DNA of 64,000 nucleotides from an uncultured delta proteobacterium (GTDB lineage Bacteria; Myxococcota; Myxococcia; Myxococcales; Myxococcaceae): NCBI GenBank assembly GCA_963771175.1, contig CAVYSY010000024.1, positions 32,001 to 96,000 of the forward strand, read 5' to 3'. Shown piece by piece: positions 1 to 8,424 of this stretch (position 1 is its first letter; each line of letters starts with the position of its first letter). The notes under the pieces were generated by a model. It saw only the letters and a program-made list of their open reading frames with translations, ran no database searches and was not told where the DNA came from. The position numbers and the translations under genes were made by a program.

Positions 1-1078
1 CCGGGCAGGAATGTCGCGAGTTTGAAAAGGAATTCGCCGCCTGGGCCGGTAGTGAGTATGCCATTGCCCTGGCCAACGGCACAGTGGCGCTGGATGTGGC
101 GCTGCAGGCACTGGGCATCGGTGCCGGCGACGAGGTGGTGGTGACACCGCGCACCTTCCTCGCTTCGGTTTCCAGCATCGTCAACGCTGGCGCCGTGCCT
201 GTGTTCGCCGACGTGGATCGCGACTCGCAGAACATCACCGCCGAAACCATCCGCGCGGTGCTGACACCGCGCACCCGCGCGGTGATCTGCGTGCATCTGG
301 CCGGCTGGCCGTGCGACATGGACCCGATCATGGCGCTGGCGCCAAGCACGACCTGAAGGTGATCGAGGACTGCGCCCAGGCCCACGGCGCGCGCTACAAA
401 GGCCGCTCGGTCGGCACCATCGGCCATGTCGGCGCCTGGTCGTTCTGCCAGGACAAGATCATGACCACCGGCGGCGAGGGCGGCATGGTCACCACCAACG
501 ACCCGCGAGCTGTGGTCGAAGATGTGGTCGCTCAAGGACCACGGCAAGAGCTGGGAGGCGGTCTACAAGCGCCAGCAGCGCCGGGCTTCCGCTGGCTGCA
601 CGAGAGCTTCGGCACCAACTGGCGGATGATGGAGATGCAGGCGGTGATCGGTCGCATCCAGCTGCGCCGCATGGCCGACTGGCATGCCCGCCGACTGGCC
701 AATGCGCAGCGGATCTGGAATTGCGCGCGCCAGCTGCCCGGCCTGCGCGTGCCGGTCATTCCCGAGGACAGCGTGCATGCCGCCTACAAGTGCTATGTGT
801 TCGTCGAACCGAAGCAGCTGAAGGCCGGCTGGGACCGCGACCGCATCCTCGGTGAAATCGCCGCACGTGGCGTGCCCTGCTCCTCCGGTTCTTGCTCCGA
901 GGTGTACCTGGAGAAGGCCTTCGACAACACCAACTGGCGTCCGGCCAAGCGCCTGCCAGTGGCCCGTGAGCTGGGCGAGACCAGCCTGATGTTCCTGGTG
1001 CATCCGACCCTTACCGCCGCGGAAATCGACAAGACGTGCATGGTACTGGCCGAGGTGATGGCAGAGGCGACCGCGTAA
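1..1078 (+). CDS. DegT/DnrJ/EryC1/StrS family sugar aminotransferase (5' end outside window; apparent indels ~341, ~506, ~576)
   Basis: FEKEFAAW..ALANGTVALDVAL..GIGAGDEVVV, VIEDCAQAHGA and SFCQDKIMTTGGEGGM (PLP Lys) motifs split over ORFs 84..356 and 311..1078. Confidence 0.9.
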
Positions 1079-1233
1079 CGGGCACGCCTTTCGCCGTCTC
1101 TGGACGGGGCGCGGCACGGCGGGTGCTCCGGCGCGGCGCACGGCCTTGCTGGCCCCGGCAGCCGCCCTCCGCCTCCTCCCTTCTCCAGCCCGCCGCGCGC
1201 AGGAGGGCACGGGGAACTGGCCAAGGCTCCCCA

Positions 1234-1263
1234 TCGACAACGGCGGGACGAGGCCACCATAAT
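1234..1263 (+). promoter_or_regulatory. Putative sigma70-type promoter of cassette gene A, copy 1
   Basis: TCGACA-N18-CATAAT, 30 nt upstream of ATG 1294, identical in copy 2. Confidence 0.5.
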
Positions 1264-1293
1264 CTCCAGCCCCAACATCACCCCGAGGTTCGA

Positions 1294-1722
1294 ATGAGCG
1301 ATGGAACCGACATTGAGCAACTCGATGCCCCCCCGCCGATCTCCGCCGAGCTGCGCGCGAAGATCCTCGCGGACCCGAACGTGGCGAAGATGGCCGCGGA
1401 GCTCGAGATGGACCTCGACGAGTTCGTCAACACCGTCGGCTACTACATGAACAACCCGGGCGTGGAGCCCGCCTTCCTCGTCGTCAGCGACGAGAACCTG
1501 CGGAAGATGGGTGTCGAGCCGCCCACCGCCGAGGCCATCGAGGCCAACGTGCGCGCCAGCGTCGAGGCCATCAAGGCCGGCCAGGCTCCGAGCGGCTTCG
1601 ACGAGCCCCGCAAGAAGAACGTCGTGGACCTGGCTTCCCAGGGCGGCGCGGCCGTGAAAATCAACGCCGATCCTGGCCTCGAAGACGCGCTGAAGAAGGG
1701 CCGAACCTCGGTAAAGCCCTGA
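1294..1722 (+). CDS. Acidic 142-aa hypothetical protein (cassette gene A, copy 1)
   Basis: GAGG RBS before ATG 1294; strong GC3 bias; same start as copy 2 (ORF 2476..2904). Confidence 0.85.
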   Translation: MSDGTDIEQLDAPPPISAELRAKILADPNVAKMAAELEMDLDEFVNTVGYYMNNPGVEPAFLVVSDENLRKMGVEPPTAEAIEANVRASVEAIKAGQAPSGFDEPRKKNVVDLASQGGAAVKINADPGLEDALKKGRTSVKP

Positions 1723-1784
1723 TTCCACGGGACTTTTCAAAAAATCTTCGTCCCCAGGAAACATCCAGCCGCAGCCCGCGATAA
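1723..1784 (+). promoter_or_regulatory. Imperfect inverted repeat plus sigma28/FliA-like promoter upstream of gene B, copy 1
   Basis: TTCC-AC-GGGAC-N16-GTCCC-CA-GGAA (1723-1760); GAAA-N15-CGCGATAA (1758-1784) versus the FliA consensus TAAA-N15-GCCGATAA. Confidence 0.45.
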
Positions 1785-1830
1785 TCCCTTCAACTCAGTA
1801 ATTTTTCCTTTCTACACAAGAGAGTGCGCC

Positions 1831-2289
1831 ATGGGCTTTATCAAGGGCATCGGCAAGGCGTTCAAGAAGATCGGTAGCTTCGCCAAGAAGGCGGTCGGCT
1901 TCGCGAGCAAGATTCTCAACGGCCCCATCGGGAAGATCGCCTCGTTCATCCCGGGCGTTGGTCCCTTCATCGCGGGCGCCTCGAAGATTGTCGGCATCGC
2001 CAACGGCGTGCTCAACGGTGGTGGCCTCAAGGGCATCATCGGCGGCCTCGTCGACAGCTTCGGCGGCGGTCTGCTCGGCAAGGCCGGTTCGCTCCTGAGC
2101 AAGACGGGTCTCGGCTCCGTCATCGGCCTGGGCTCGCAGGCCAACAGCACCGGCGGCGTCCTCGACCTGGTCAAGGGCCTGATGAGCTCCCGCAAGAACG
2201 ACCAGTCCGCTGCCGCTCAGGGCGACAAGTACAACCTGAGCCAGTTCGCCGCCTTCAAGGTCGCCGACCTGCTCCGCGCCGCCGCCTGA
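1831..2289 (+). CDS. Gly/Lys-rich amphipathic 152-aa protein (cassette gene B, copy 1); candidate membrane-active or secreted protein
   Basis: MGFIKGIGKAFKKIGSFAKKAVGF N-terminus; ~20% Gly; GAGAG RBS; protein identical in copy 2. Confidence 0.88.
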   Translation: MGFIKGIGKAFKKIGSFAKKAVGFASKILNGPIGKIASFIPGVGPFIAGASKIVGIANGVLNGGGLKGIIGGLVDSFGGGLLGKAGSLLSKTGLGSVIGLGSQANSTGGVLDLVKGLMSSRKNDQSAAAQGDKYNLSQFAAFKVADLLRAAA

Positions 2290-2314
2290 TCGGCCCGCAT
2301 CCGCTCTACTCCAT

Positions 2315-2351
2315 GGGGTGCACGCTCTCTGGCGTGCACCCCTTTTTCTTT
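2315..2351 (+). terminator. Intrinsic terminator after gene B, copy 1
   Basis: GGGGTGCACGC-loop-GCGTGCACCCC followed by TTTTTCTTT. Confidence 0.9.
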
Positions 2352-2404
2352 CCTGCCACGGCCCACAGCGCCCGCCGTCACGGGGAAGTGGCCAAGACTC
2401 CCCA

Positions 2405-2434
2405 TCGACAACGGCGGGACGAGGCCACCATAAT
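2405..2434 (+). promoter_or_regulatory. Putative sigma70-type promoter of gene A, copy 2
   Basis: TCGACA-N18-CATAAT. Confidence 0.5.
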
Positions 2435-2475
2435 CTCCAGTCATTTCCAGTCCCAACATCACCCCCGAGGTTCGA

Positions 2476-2904
2476 ATGAGCGATGGAACCGACATTGAGC
2501 AACTCGATGCCCCCCCGCCGATCTCCGCCGAGCTGCGCGCGAAGATCCTCGCGGACCCGAACGTGGCGAAGATGGCCGCGGAGCTCGAGATGGACCTCGA
2601 CGAGTTCGTCAACACCGTCGGCTACTACATGAACAACCCGGGCGTGGAGCCCGCCTTCCTCGTCGTCAGCGACGAGAACCTGCGGAAGATGGGTGTCGAG
2701 CCGCCCACCGCCGAGGCCATCGAGGCCAACGTGCGCGCCAGCGTCGAGGCCATCAAGGCCGGCCAGGCTCCGAGCGGTTTCGACGAGCCCCGCAAGAAGA
2801 ACGTCGTGGACCTGGCTTCCCAGGGCGGCGAGGCCGTGAAAATCAACGCCGATCCTGGCCTCGAAGACGCGCTGAAGAAGGGCCGAACCTCGGTAAAGCC
2901 CTGA
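2476..2904 (+). CDS. Acidic 142-aa hypothetical protein (gene A, copy 2)
   Basis: Differs from copy 1 by one residue (GGAA vs GGEA). Confidence 0.85.
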   Translation: MSDGTDIEQLDAPPPISAELRAKILADPNVAKMAAELEMDLDEFVNTVGYYMNNPGVEPAFLVVSDENLRKMGVEPPTAEAIEANVRASVEAIKAGQAPSGFDEPRKKNVVDLASQGGEAVKINADPGLEDALKKGRTSVKP

Positions 2905-2966
2905 TTCCACGGGACTTTTCAAAAAATCTTCGTCCCCAGGAAACATCCAGCCGCTGCCCTCGATAA
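2905..2966 (+). promoter_or_regulatory. Inverted repeat plus sigma28-like promoter, copy 2
   Basis: Same inverted repeat; GAAA-N15-CTCGATAA (2940-2966). Confidence 0.45.
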
Positions 2967-3023
2967 TCCGTTCAAAGCAGCAACTTCAACCCCCGCAATT
3001 TTCCACACACGAGAGAGTTCGCC

Positions 3024-3482
3024 ATGGGCTTTATCAAGGGCATCGGCAAGGCGTTCAAGAAGATCGGTAGCTTCGCCAAGAAGGCGGTCGGCTTCGCGAG
3101 CAAGATTCTCAACGGCCCCATCGGGAAGATCGCCTCGTTCATCCCGGGCGTTGGTCCCTTCATCGCGGGCGCCTCGAAGATTGTTGGCATCGCCAACGGC
3201 GTGCTCAACGGTGGTGGCCTCAAGGGCATCATCGGCGGCCTCGTCGACAGCTTCGGTGGCGGCCTGCTCGGCAAGGCCGGTTCTCTCCTGAGCAAGACGG
3301 GCCTCGGCTCCGTCATCGGCCTGGGCTCGCAGGCCAACAGCACCGGCGGCGTCCTCGACCTGGTCAAGGGTCTGATGAGCTCCCGCAAGAACGACCAGTC
3401 CGCTGCCGCTCAGGGCGACAAGTACAACCTGAGCCAGTTCGCCGCCTTCAAGGTCGCCGACCTGCTCCGCGCCGCCGCCTGA
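3024..3482 (+). CDS. Gly/Lys-rich amphipathic 152-aa protein (gene B, copy 2)
   Basis: Identical protein to 1831..2289, only synonymous DNA differences. Confidence 0.88.
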   Translation: MGFIKGIGKAFKKIGSFAKKAVGFASKILNGPIGKIASFIPGVGPFIAGASKIVGIANGVLNGGGLKGIIGGLVDSFGGGLLGKAGSLLSKTGLGSVIGLGSQANSTGGVLDLVKGLMSSRKNDQSAAAQGDKYNLSQFAAFKVADLLRAAA

Positions 3483-3507
3483 TCGGCCCGAATCCGCTCC
3501 ACTTCTT

Positions 3508-3544
3508 GGGGTGCACGCTCTCGGGCGTGCACCCCTTTTTCTTT
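3508..3544 (+). terminator. Intrinsic terminator after gene B, copy 2
   Basis: Same 11-bp stem with a different loop, then a T tract. Confidence 0.9.
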
Positions 3545-3944
3545 CCTGCCCCTGCCCACAGCTCCAAGTCCCCTGCCGCGCCCCTCCTGGGAGAGCGGCC
3601 TGGGCCGGCGAAGTGAACCTCCTCCGCCTCCTGTCCGTGAACAGCCCCACCTGGGCGAGCAGGTCCGCCGTCCAGGTGCGCGTGCCGTCGGTGCAGCTCT
3701 TCACCCCCCGTGTGTGAGTACGTGAGCGGGCTCTCCAGCGTGAGTGCTCAGCGTGCGCGAGGCGCAGGCGGCGGCTCGAGCGCCAGCAGGTGACCAGGCC
3801 TGACGAGCTGGACCAGGAATCATTCCGCACCCTCTCTCACTTCCTGGCCTGAGCGGGGCCACTCCTGGACTGGCCTGGCCAGGAAGCCTTACCAGTCCAC
3901 ACAGGTTGTCTGAGGTGTCCCCAGTAGCCGTCACCTGGAGTCCA

Positions 3945-5108
3945 ATGGCCGCGACAAGCGCAGAGCTCCGGAAGTTCGTCACCCCCGAGATCATCCATGG
4001 CTCGGGCGCCAGGCTCCTGGTTGGCCGCTATGCGCGCAACATCGGCGCCGCCAGGGTGCTGGTCGTCTCCGACCCGGGCGTGGTCGCCGCCGGATGGACC
4101 GGGGAGGTGCTCGCCTCGCTGGAGCGCGAGGGCCTGCCCTACCACCTCTTCACCGAGGTGAGCCCCAACCCTCGCGCCGAGCAGGTGCAGCGAGGCGTCG
4201 AGCACTGCCTCGAACATGGCTGCGAGACCATCGTCGCCGTGGGCGGCGGCAGCCCCATGGACTGTGCCAAGGGCATAGGAATCGTTCTCGCCCATCACAC
4301 CCCCATCCTCGACTTCGAGGGCGTGGACCGTATCCATTACCCCATTCCCCCGCTCATCTGCGTACCCACTACGGCGGGCAGCGCGGCGGACGTCTCCCAG
4401 TTCGCAATCATCACCGACACCGAGCGACGCCTCAAAGTCTCCATTGTCAGCAAGGCGCTCGTCCCCGACCTCTCCCTCATCGACTACGACACCACCCTCA
4501 CGCTCACCCCCGACCTCGTTGCTTGCTCGGGCATGGATGCCTTCGTCCATGCCGTGGAGGCCTTCAGCTCCAACGCGTACTCGGTGCTCACCGACATGTA
4601 CGCGCTCGCCGCCCTGCCCCTCTTGTGGAGCAACCTGCCGGCCGCGGTCGCCGAGCCACCAGACCCAGGGGCGCGCAAGGCGGTGATGATTGGCAGCATG
4701 GAGGCCGGGCTGGCCTTCTCCAATGCCTCGCTGGGGGCCGTGCATGCCATGGCCCATGCGCTCGGCGGGCTGGTGGACAACCCTCATGGCGAGGCCAATG
4801 CCATGCTCGTGGAGCACGTGGTGGCGTTCAATTACGAGGCCGCTCCGGAGCGGTTCGACATCATCGCCGAGCGGCTGGGACTCGAGCTGGCCGGCCTGTC
4901 CCCTGGCGAGCGGAAGCGGGCCCTGCTCGGTGCGATCCGGCAGCTCAAGCGACAAGTGGGCATGGAGCTGCGCCTGAGGGACAGGGGCGTCACCCGCTCC
5001 GACATCCCCATGCTGGCCCGCTCCGCCCTGGCGGACCCCTGCATGGTGACCAACCCTCGCCGCCCCAACCTACGCGATGTAGAGGTCATGTATGAAGAGG
5101 CACTCTGA
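3945..5108 (+). CDS. ercA: Iron-containing alcohol dehydrogenase family protein, ErcA-like regulator
   Basis: LRKFVTPEII.GSGAR, GGGSPMDCAK, PTTAGS, DAFVHAVE, HAMAH, HGEAN; coupled to a kinase; GGAG RBS before ATG 3945. Confidence 0.8.
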   Translation: MAATSAELRKFVTPEIIHGSGARLLVGRYARNIGAARVLVVSDPGVVAAGWTGEVLASLEREGLPYHLFTEVSPNPRAEQVQRGVEHCLEHGCETIVAVGGGSPMDCAKGIGIVLAHHTPILDFEGVDRIHYPIPPLICVPTTAGSAADVSQFAIITDTERRLKVSIVSKALVPDLSLIDYDTTLTLTPDLVACSGMDAFVHAVEAFSSNAYSVLTDMYALAALPLLWSNLPAAVAEPPDPGARKAVMIGSMEAGLAFSNASLGAVHAMAHALGGLVDNPHGEANAMLVEHVVAFNYEAAPERFDIIAERLGLELAGLSPGERKRALLGAIRQLKRQVGMELRLRDRGVTRSDIPMLARSALADPCMVTNPRRPNLRDVEVMYEEAL

Positions 5109-6513
5109 GAAGAGGCACTCTGAGTCGTGGGCCCGCGGGGGTGGGGAGTTCCAGCGCGAGGAGATCATCGGCCTCGGTCACCGCTCGCTCCGCAAGAGCT
5201 ACTTCGGCGCACTCCAGGCCCGCCTCACCGAGCTGGCTCGCTTCCGCGCCCTGCTCGACGAGAGCAGCGATGCGATCATCCTCGCCGAGCTGCCGGGCTT
5301 CCTCGTGGTGGATGTGAACCGTGCTGGCCAGCGGCTGCTCTCGTGCTCCAGTGACTCGGTGAGTGGCCGGCCGCTCGAATCCCTCTTCGACCCGTGCGAG
5401 TGGAGCCAGCTCGAGGCGCACCTGCGCCAGAGACGGGAGCAGCCCCCGGGGACGCAGGGCCCTGGCCTGCTGACGCTGCGGCGCGAGGGCGAGGCGCGGG
5501 TGCTGGAGTTCTCCGTGCGGGAGGATGAATTCGGGCACCGGCAGTACCTGGTGTTGGTGGCACGGGACGTGACGGAGCGGGTGCGGGCCGAGCAGGCGCT
5601 GCGGAAGGCCAAGGAGGAAGCCGAGGCCTCGGACCGGGCCAAGGCGCGATTCCTCACCATTGCCTCGCACGAGCTGCGCACCCCGCTCACCGCGCTGATG
5701 TTGCTGCTGCAGCAGGCGACCCGGAGGCCCGAGCGGCTGTCGGCGGCGGGGGGCGGCCTGCTGGAGCGGATGATGAAGCAGACGCGCTGGCTGGCCGCAA
5801 TGGCAGAAGACCTGCTGGACGTGTCGCGCCTGGAGCATGACCGGCTCGTGCTGCGGAAGCAGCGGCTGGACCTGCGGTCGCTGGTGGCCGAGGTGGTGTC
5901 TGGTTTTCAAGCGCGGGCGTCGGATCGGCACCTGGGACTGGAGCTGCCCTCGGTGCCGGTGTACGTGGAGGCGGACCCCACCCGTACGGAGCAGGTGCTC
6001 TCCAACCTGCTGGAGAATGCCTTGCAATACTCGCCCCCAGGCACGCCGGTGGAGGTGCGGCTGACGCTGCGGCAGGGAGTGGCGCGTGTGTCGGTGAAGG
6101 ACGACGGGCCGGGCATCGCCGAGGAGGACAGGGAGCGGCTCTTCAAGCCCTTCGGCCGGCTGGGAGAGGCAGGGCAGAGCACCCCGGGGCTGGGACTGGG
6201 GCTGTACCTCTCGCGGCAGATTGCCGAGCTCCAGGGCGGGGAGTTGCGCGCGGAGTCGGCGAGTGACCGGGGCTCCACCTTCTCCCTTTACCTGCCGCTG
6301 GCGTGCGAGCTGCTCCAAGAGGATGCTGGGGGCACGGCACCTGGAGACGTGGATGGGCCCACGGGCAGGTGTCCCCTGAACGGCCCTTCGACGCAGCCTG
6401 CACCACTGAGGGTGTGGGCCGCCAGCAGCAGGCGAAAAAATAGGGCGCTCGCCGGTTCCTTGGAGTTCAACCAGCGAGCGCCCTGCATCACACCGTGGCC
6501 GCACGGTGCGTGA
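5092..6513 (+). CDS. Cytoplasmic PAS sensor histidine kinase, ErcS-like N-terminus
   Basis: IIGLGHRSLRKSYF N-terminal motif; PAS; ASHELRTPL H-box; NLLENA, DDGPGI and GLGLGL boxes. Confidence 0.88.
   Translation: MKRHSEKRHSESWARGGGEFQREEIIGLGHRSLRKSYFGALQARLTELARFRALLDESSDAIILAELPGFLVVDVNRAGQRLLSCSSDSVSGRPLESLFDPCEWSQLEAHLRQRREQPPGTQGPGLLTLRREGEARVLEFSVREDEFGHRQYLVLVARDVTERVRAEQALRKAKEEAEASDRAKARFLTIASHELRTPLTALMLLLQQATRRPERLSAAGGGLLERMMKQTRWLAAMAEDLLDVSRLEHDRLVLRKQRLDLRSLVAEVVSGFQARASDRHLGLELPSVPVYVEADPTRTEQVLSNLLENALQYSPPGTPVEVRLTLRQGVARVSVKDDGPGIAEEDRERLFKPFGRLGEAGQSTPGLGLGLYLSRQIAELQGGELRAESASDRGSTFSLYLPLACELLQEDAGGTAPGDVDGPTGRCPLNGPSTQPAPLRVWAASSRRKNRALAGSLEFNQRAPCITPWPHGA
5094..5123 (+). 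repeat. 15-bp tandem duplication GAAGAGGCACTCTGA x2 at the ercA stop / kinase start overlap
   Basis: Read directly; gives MKRHSEKRHSES in the kinase frame. Confidence 0.95.
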
Positions 6514-6521
6514 AAACTTCT

Positions 6522-7223
6522 TTAATTCGAATCCTCGTCAGACTGCACCGCGAACGAGCCGCTGACGGTGCTCACGTCAACGTCGTGCTCCCCGTTGCCG
6601 TAGCGCTGCTCGGTCGAGCCGAGGCTCACCCCGCGCCCGTTGAAGCGGCCGCCCACCGAGGAGAAGTCCACGGTGGCCCCCGCGCCGCGCGGCAGCTTCA
6701 GCTTCACGTCGCCGGATACGGTGCTCACCTCCAGCTCCTTCATCTTCTCGGGCGCCAGCTCCACATCGCCGCTCACCGCGGACACCTCCACCGTCCCCCG
6801 CGAGCCCTTCAGCGATATGTCGCCGCTCACCACGGACACCTCCTGCGGCCCCGCCACTCCGGACGCCGTCACGTCCGCCCTCACCGTGCTCACCTCCAGC
6901 GAGGAGTCGCGCGGCACCTTCAGCGTGAAGTGCGTGGCCACCGGGTTGTTGCAGTTGCTGGTCTTCCTCGAGCAGGAGCCGTCGCAGCACACCCGCACCG
7001 TCACCTCGTCCCCGTCCTTCTTCACCTCGATGGGGTACTTCGCGCGCTCCTCCTCGCCGCCCTCCTGCTTCGACTCCACCGACACCGACTTCCCGTCCAC
7101 CGCCTCCACCCGCACGGAGCCGTTGATGTTGGCGACACTCACCTTGGGAGTGCCATTCGTGTCGAGCTGCCAGGACTGAGATGCGGGAGCGGCGGCCAGG
7201 ATCAGGAGCAGGGCGAGATTCAC
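6522..7223 (-). CDS. Secreted DUF4097/adhesin-like beta-strand repeat protein
   Basis: Signal peptide after GTG 7223; repeated VSTVSGDV-type motifs. Confidence 0.8.
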   Translation of the reverse strand: MNLALLLILAAAPASQSWQLDTNGTPKVSVANINGSVRVEAVDGKSVSVESKQEGGEEERAKYPIEVKKDGDEVTVRVCCDGSCSRKTSNCNNPVATHFTLKVPRDSSLEVSTVRADVTASGVAGPQEVSVVSGDISLKGSRGTVEVSAVSGDVELAPEKMKELEVSTVSGDVKLKLPRGAGATVDFSSVGGRFNGRGVSLGSTEQRYGNGEHDVDVSTVSGSFAVQSDEDSN

Positions 7224-7285
7224 GGCGGTTCCTCGGGAAGGGAGAAGGCTGTCGCCCTCCCCTACGAGCCGCCGGAAAAACGATT

Positions 7286-8414
7286 TCACCCGCCTCGCGT
7301 CACCCGCCGGTACACCACGTCATGCCGGCGCACCAGCCGCTCCAGGGACAGCTCCCGCTCCACGAAGGCCCGCGCCTCGGCCCCCATGCGTCGGCCCAGT
7401 TCCCGATCCCTCAGCAGCCGCTGGAAGGCCTCGCTCATCGCCTGGGGCTGGAGGGACGGCACCACCAGGCCCCGCTCCCCGTCCGACACCAGCTCCGGGT
7501 TGCCCCCCACCCGCGTCACCACCATGGGCAGCCCCGCCGCCATGCCCTCCATCACCGCGTTGGACAGGCCCTCGGCCGTGGAGCACAGCACGCCGAAGTC
7601 CGCCCGCGCGTAGAGAGCCGGCACGTCCGCCCGGTGCCCCAGGAAGTGGACCGTGTCCGTCAGGCCCAGCTCCTTCGCCATCCGCTCCAGCTCCGGCCGC
7701 CGCGGGCCATCCCCCACCAGGAAGGCGTGCAGCACGCAGCCCCTTGAGGCGCACCATCGCCAGCGCCCGCAGCAGATCCTCCTGCCGCTTCACCGGGTGG
7801 TTCATGTTCGCCACGTGCACCACCACCGGCACGCCCTTCGTGTCCGGAAGCGGCGCCTTCAGCCCCTCGCGCACCCGCGCGTCGAAGCGCGCCAGGTCCA
7901 GGCCGTTGGGGATGACGGACACCCGCTCCGCCGACAGCCCCTCCTCCTCCACCAGCATCCGGCGGACGGCCTCGGCGTTGGCCACCACGTGGTCCGCCAG
8001 CTGCGTGAGGGCCTGGAGCACCGCCCGCCGCGCCTTGCCGTGCCAGTGGGCCAGATCCAACCGCCCGACAATCACCTTCGTCCCCGCCAGCTTCGCCGCG
8101 GGCACCACCAGCATCGTCGAATAGAAGTCGTGCGCGTGGACCAACTCCACCCGCTCGCGGCGCAGCCAGCTCGCCAGCCGCACCATCTGGAGGGCCGAGT
8201 TGGGCCGCGCCAGCGAGCCCTTCAGGGGAAATACCTCCGGGACATGGCCGAGCTGGTGAACCGCCCCCATCAGTGGCCCCTCGTCCTGCAGCACCGCCAC
8301 CTGCACCCGATAGCTGGAGGGGAGCCCTCGCAACAGCTCCACCACCTGCACCTCGGTCCCACCGATGTGGAACGACTTGGTGAACTGCACCAGGCGAAGG
8401 GGCTCCTCCGCCAT
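7286..8414 (-). CDS. Glycosyltransferase family 4 (frameshift ~7740)
   Basis: IGGTEVQV N-terminus; EGLSNAVMEGMAAGLP motif in the second frame. Confidence 0.88.
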
Positions 8415-8424
8415 CCGCGCCTCC

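Larger units (their letters stand above)
1208..3562 (+). repeat. Direct tandem duplication of a ~1.17-1.19 kb two-gene cassette (copy 1 ~1208-2369, copy 2 ~2379-3562)
   Basis: Near-identical sequence from cacggggaa(c/g)tggccaag through both genes and the terminator to gcccacagc. Confidence 0.97.

Noticed and set aside
1036..1293. N-terminal extension of gene A in ORF 1036..1722
   Set aside because: Absent from copy 2, Arg/Pro-rich non-coding character, overlaps the aminotransferase; RBS and promoter support ATG 1294
1208..3562. Duplication as a pure assembly artefact, or as an IS/transposon
   Set aside because: Differences are concentrated at synonymous sites and UTRs, unlike random error; no transposase or terminal inverted repeats seen
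3563..3940. Short ORFs or gene remnant between the cassette and ercA
   Set aside because: No recognisable motif, RBS or consistent codon bias
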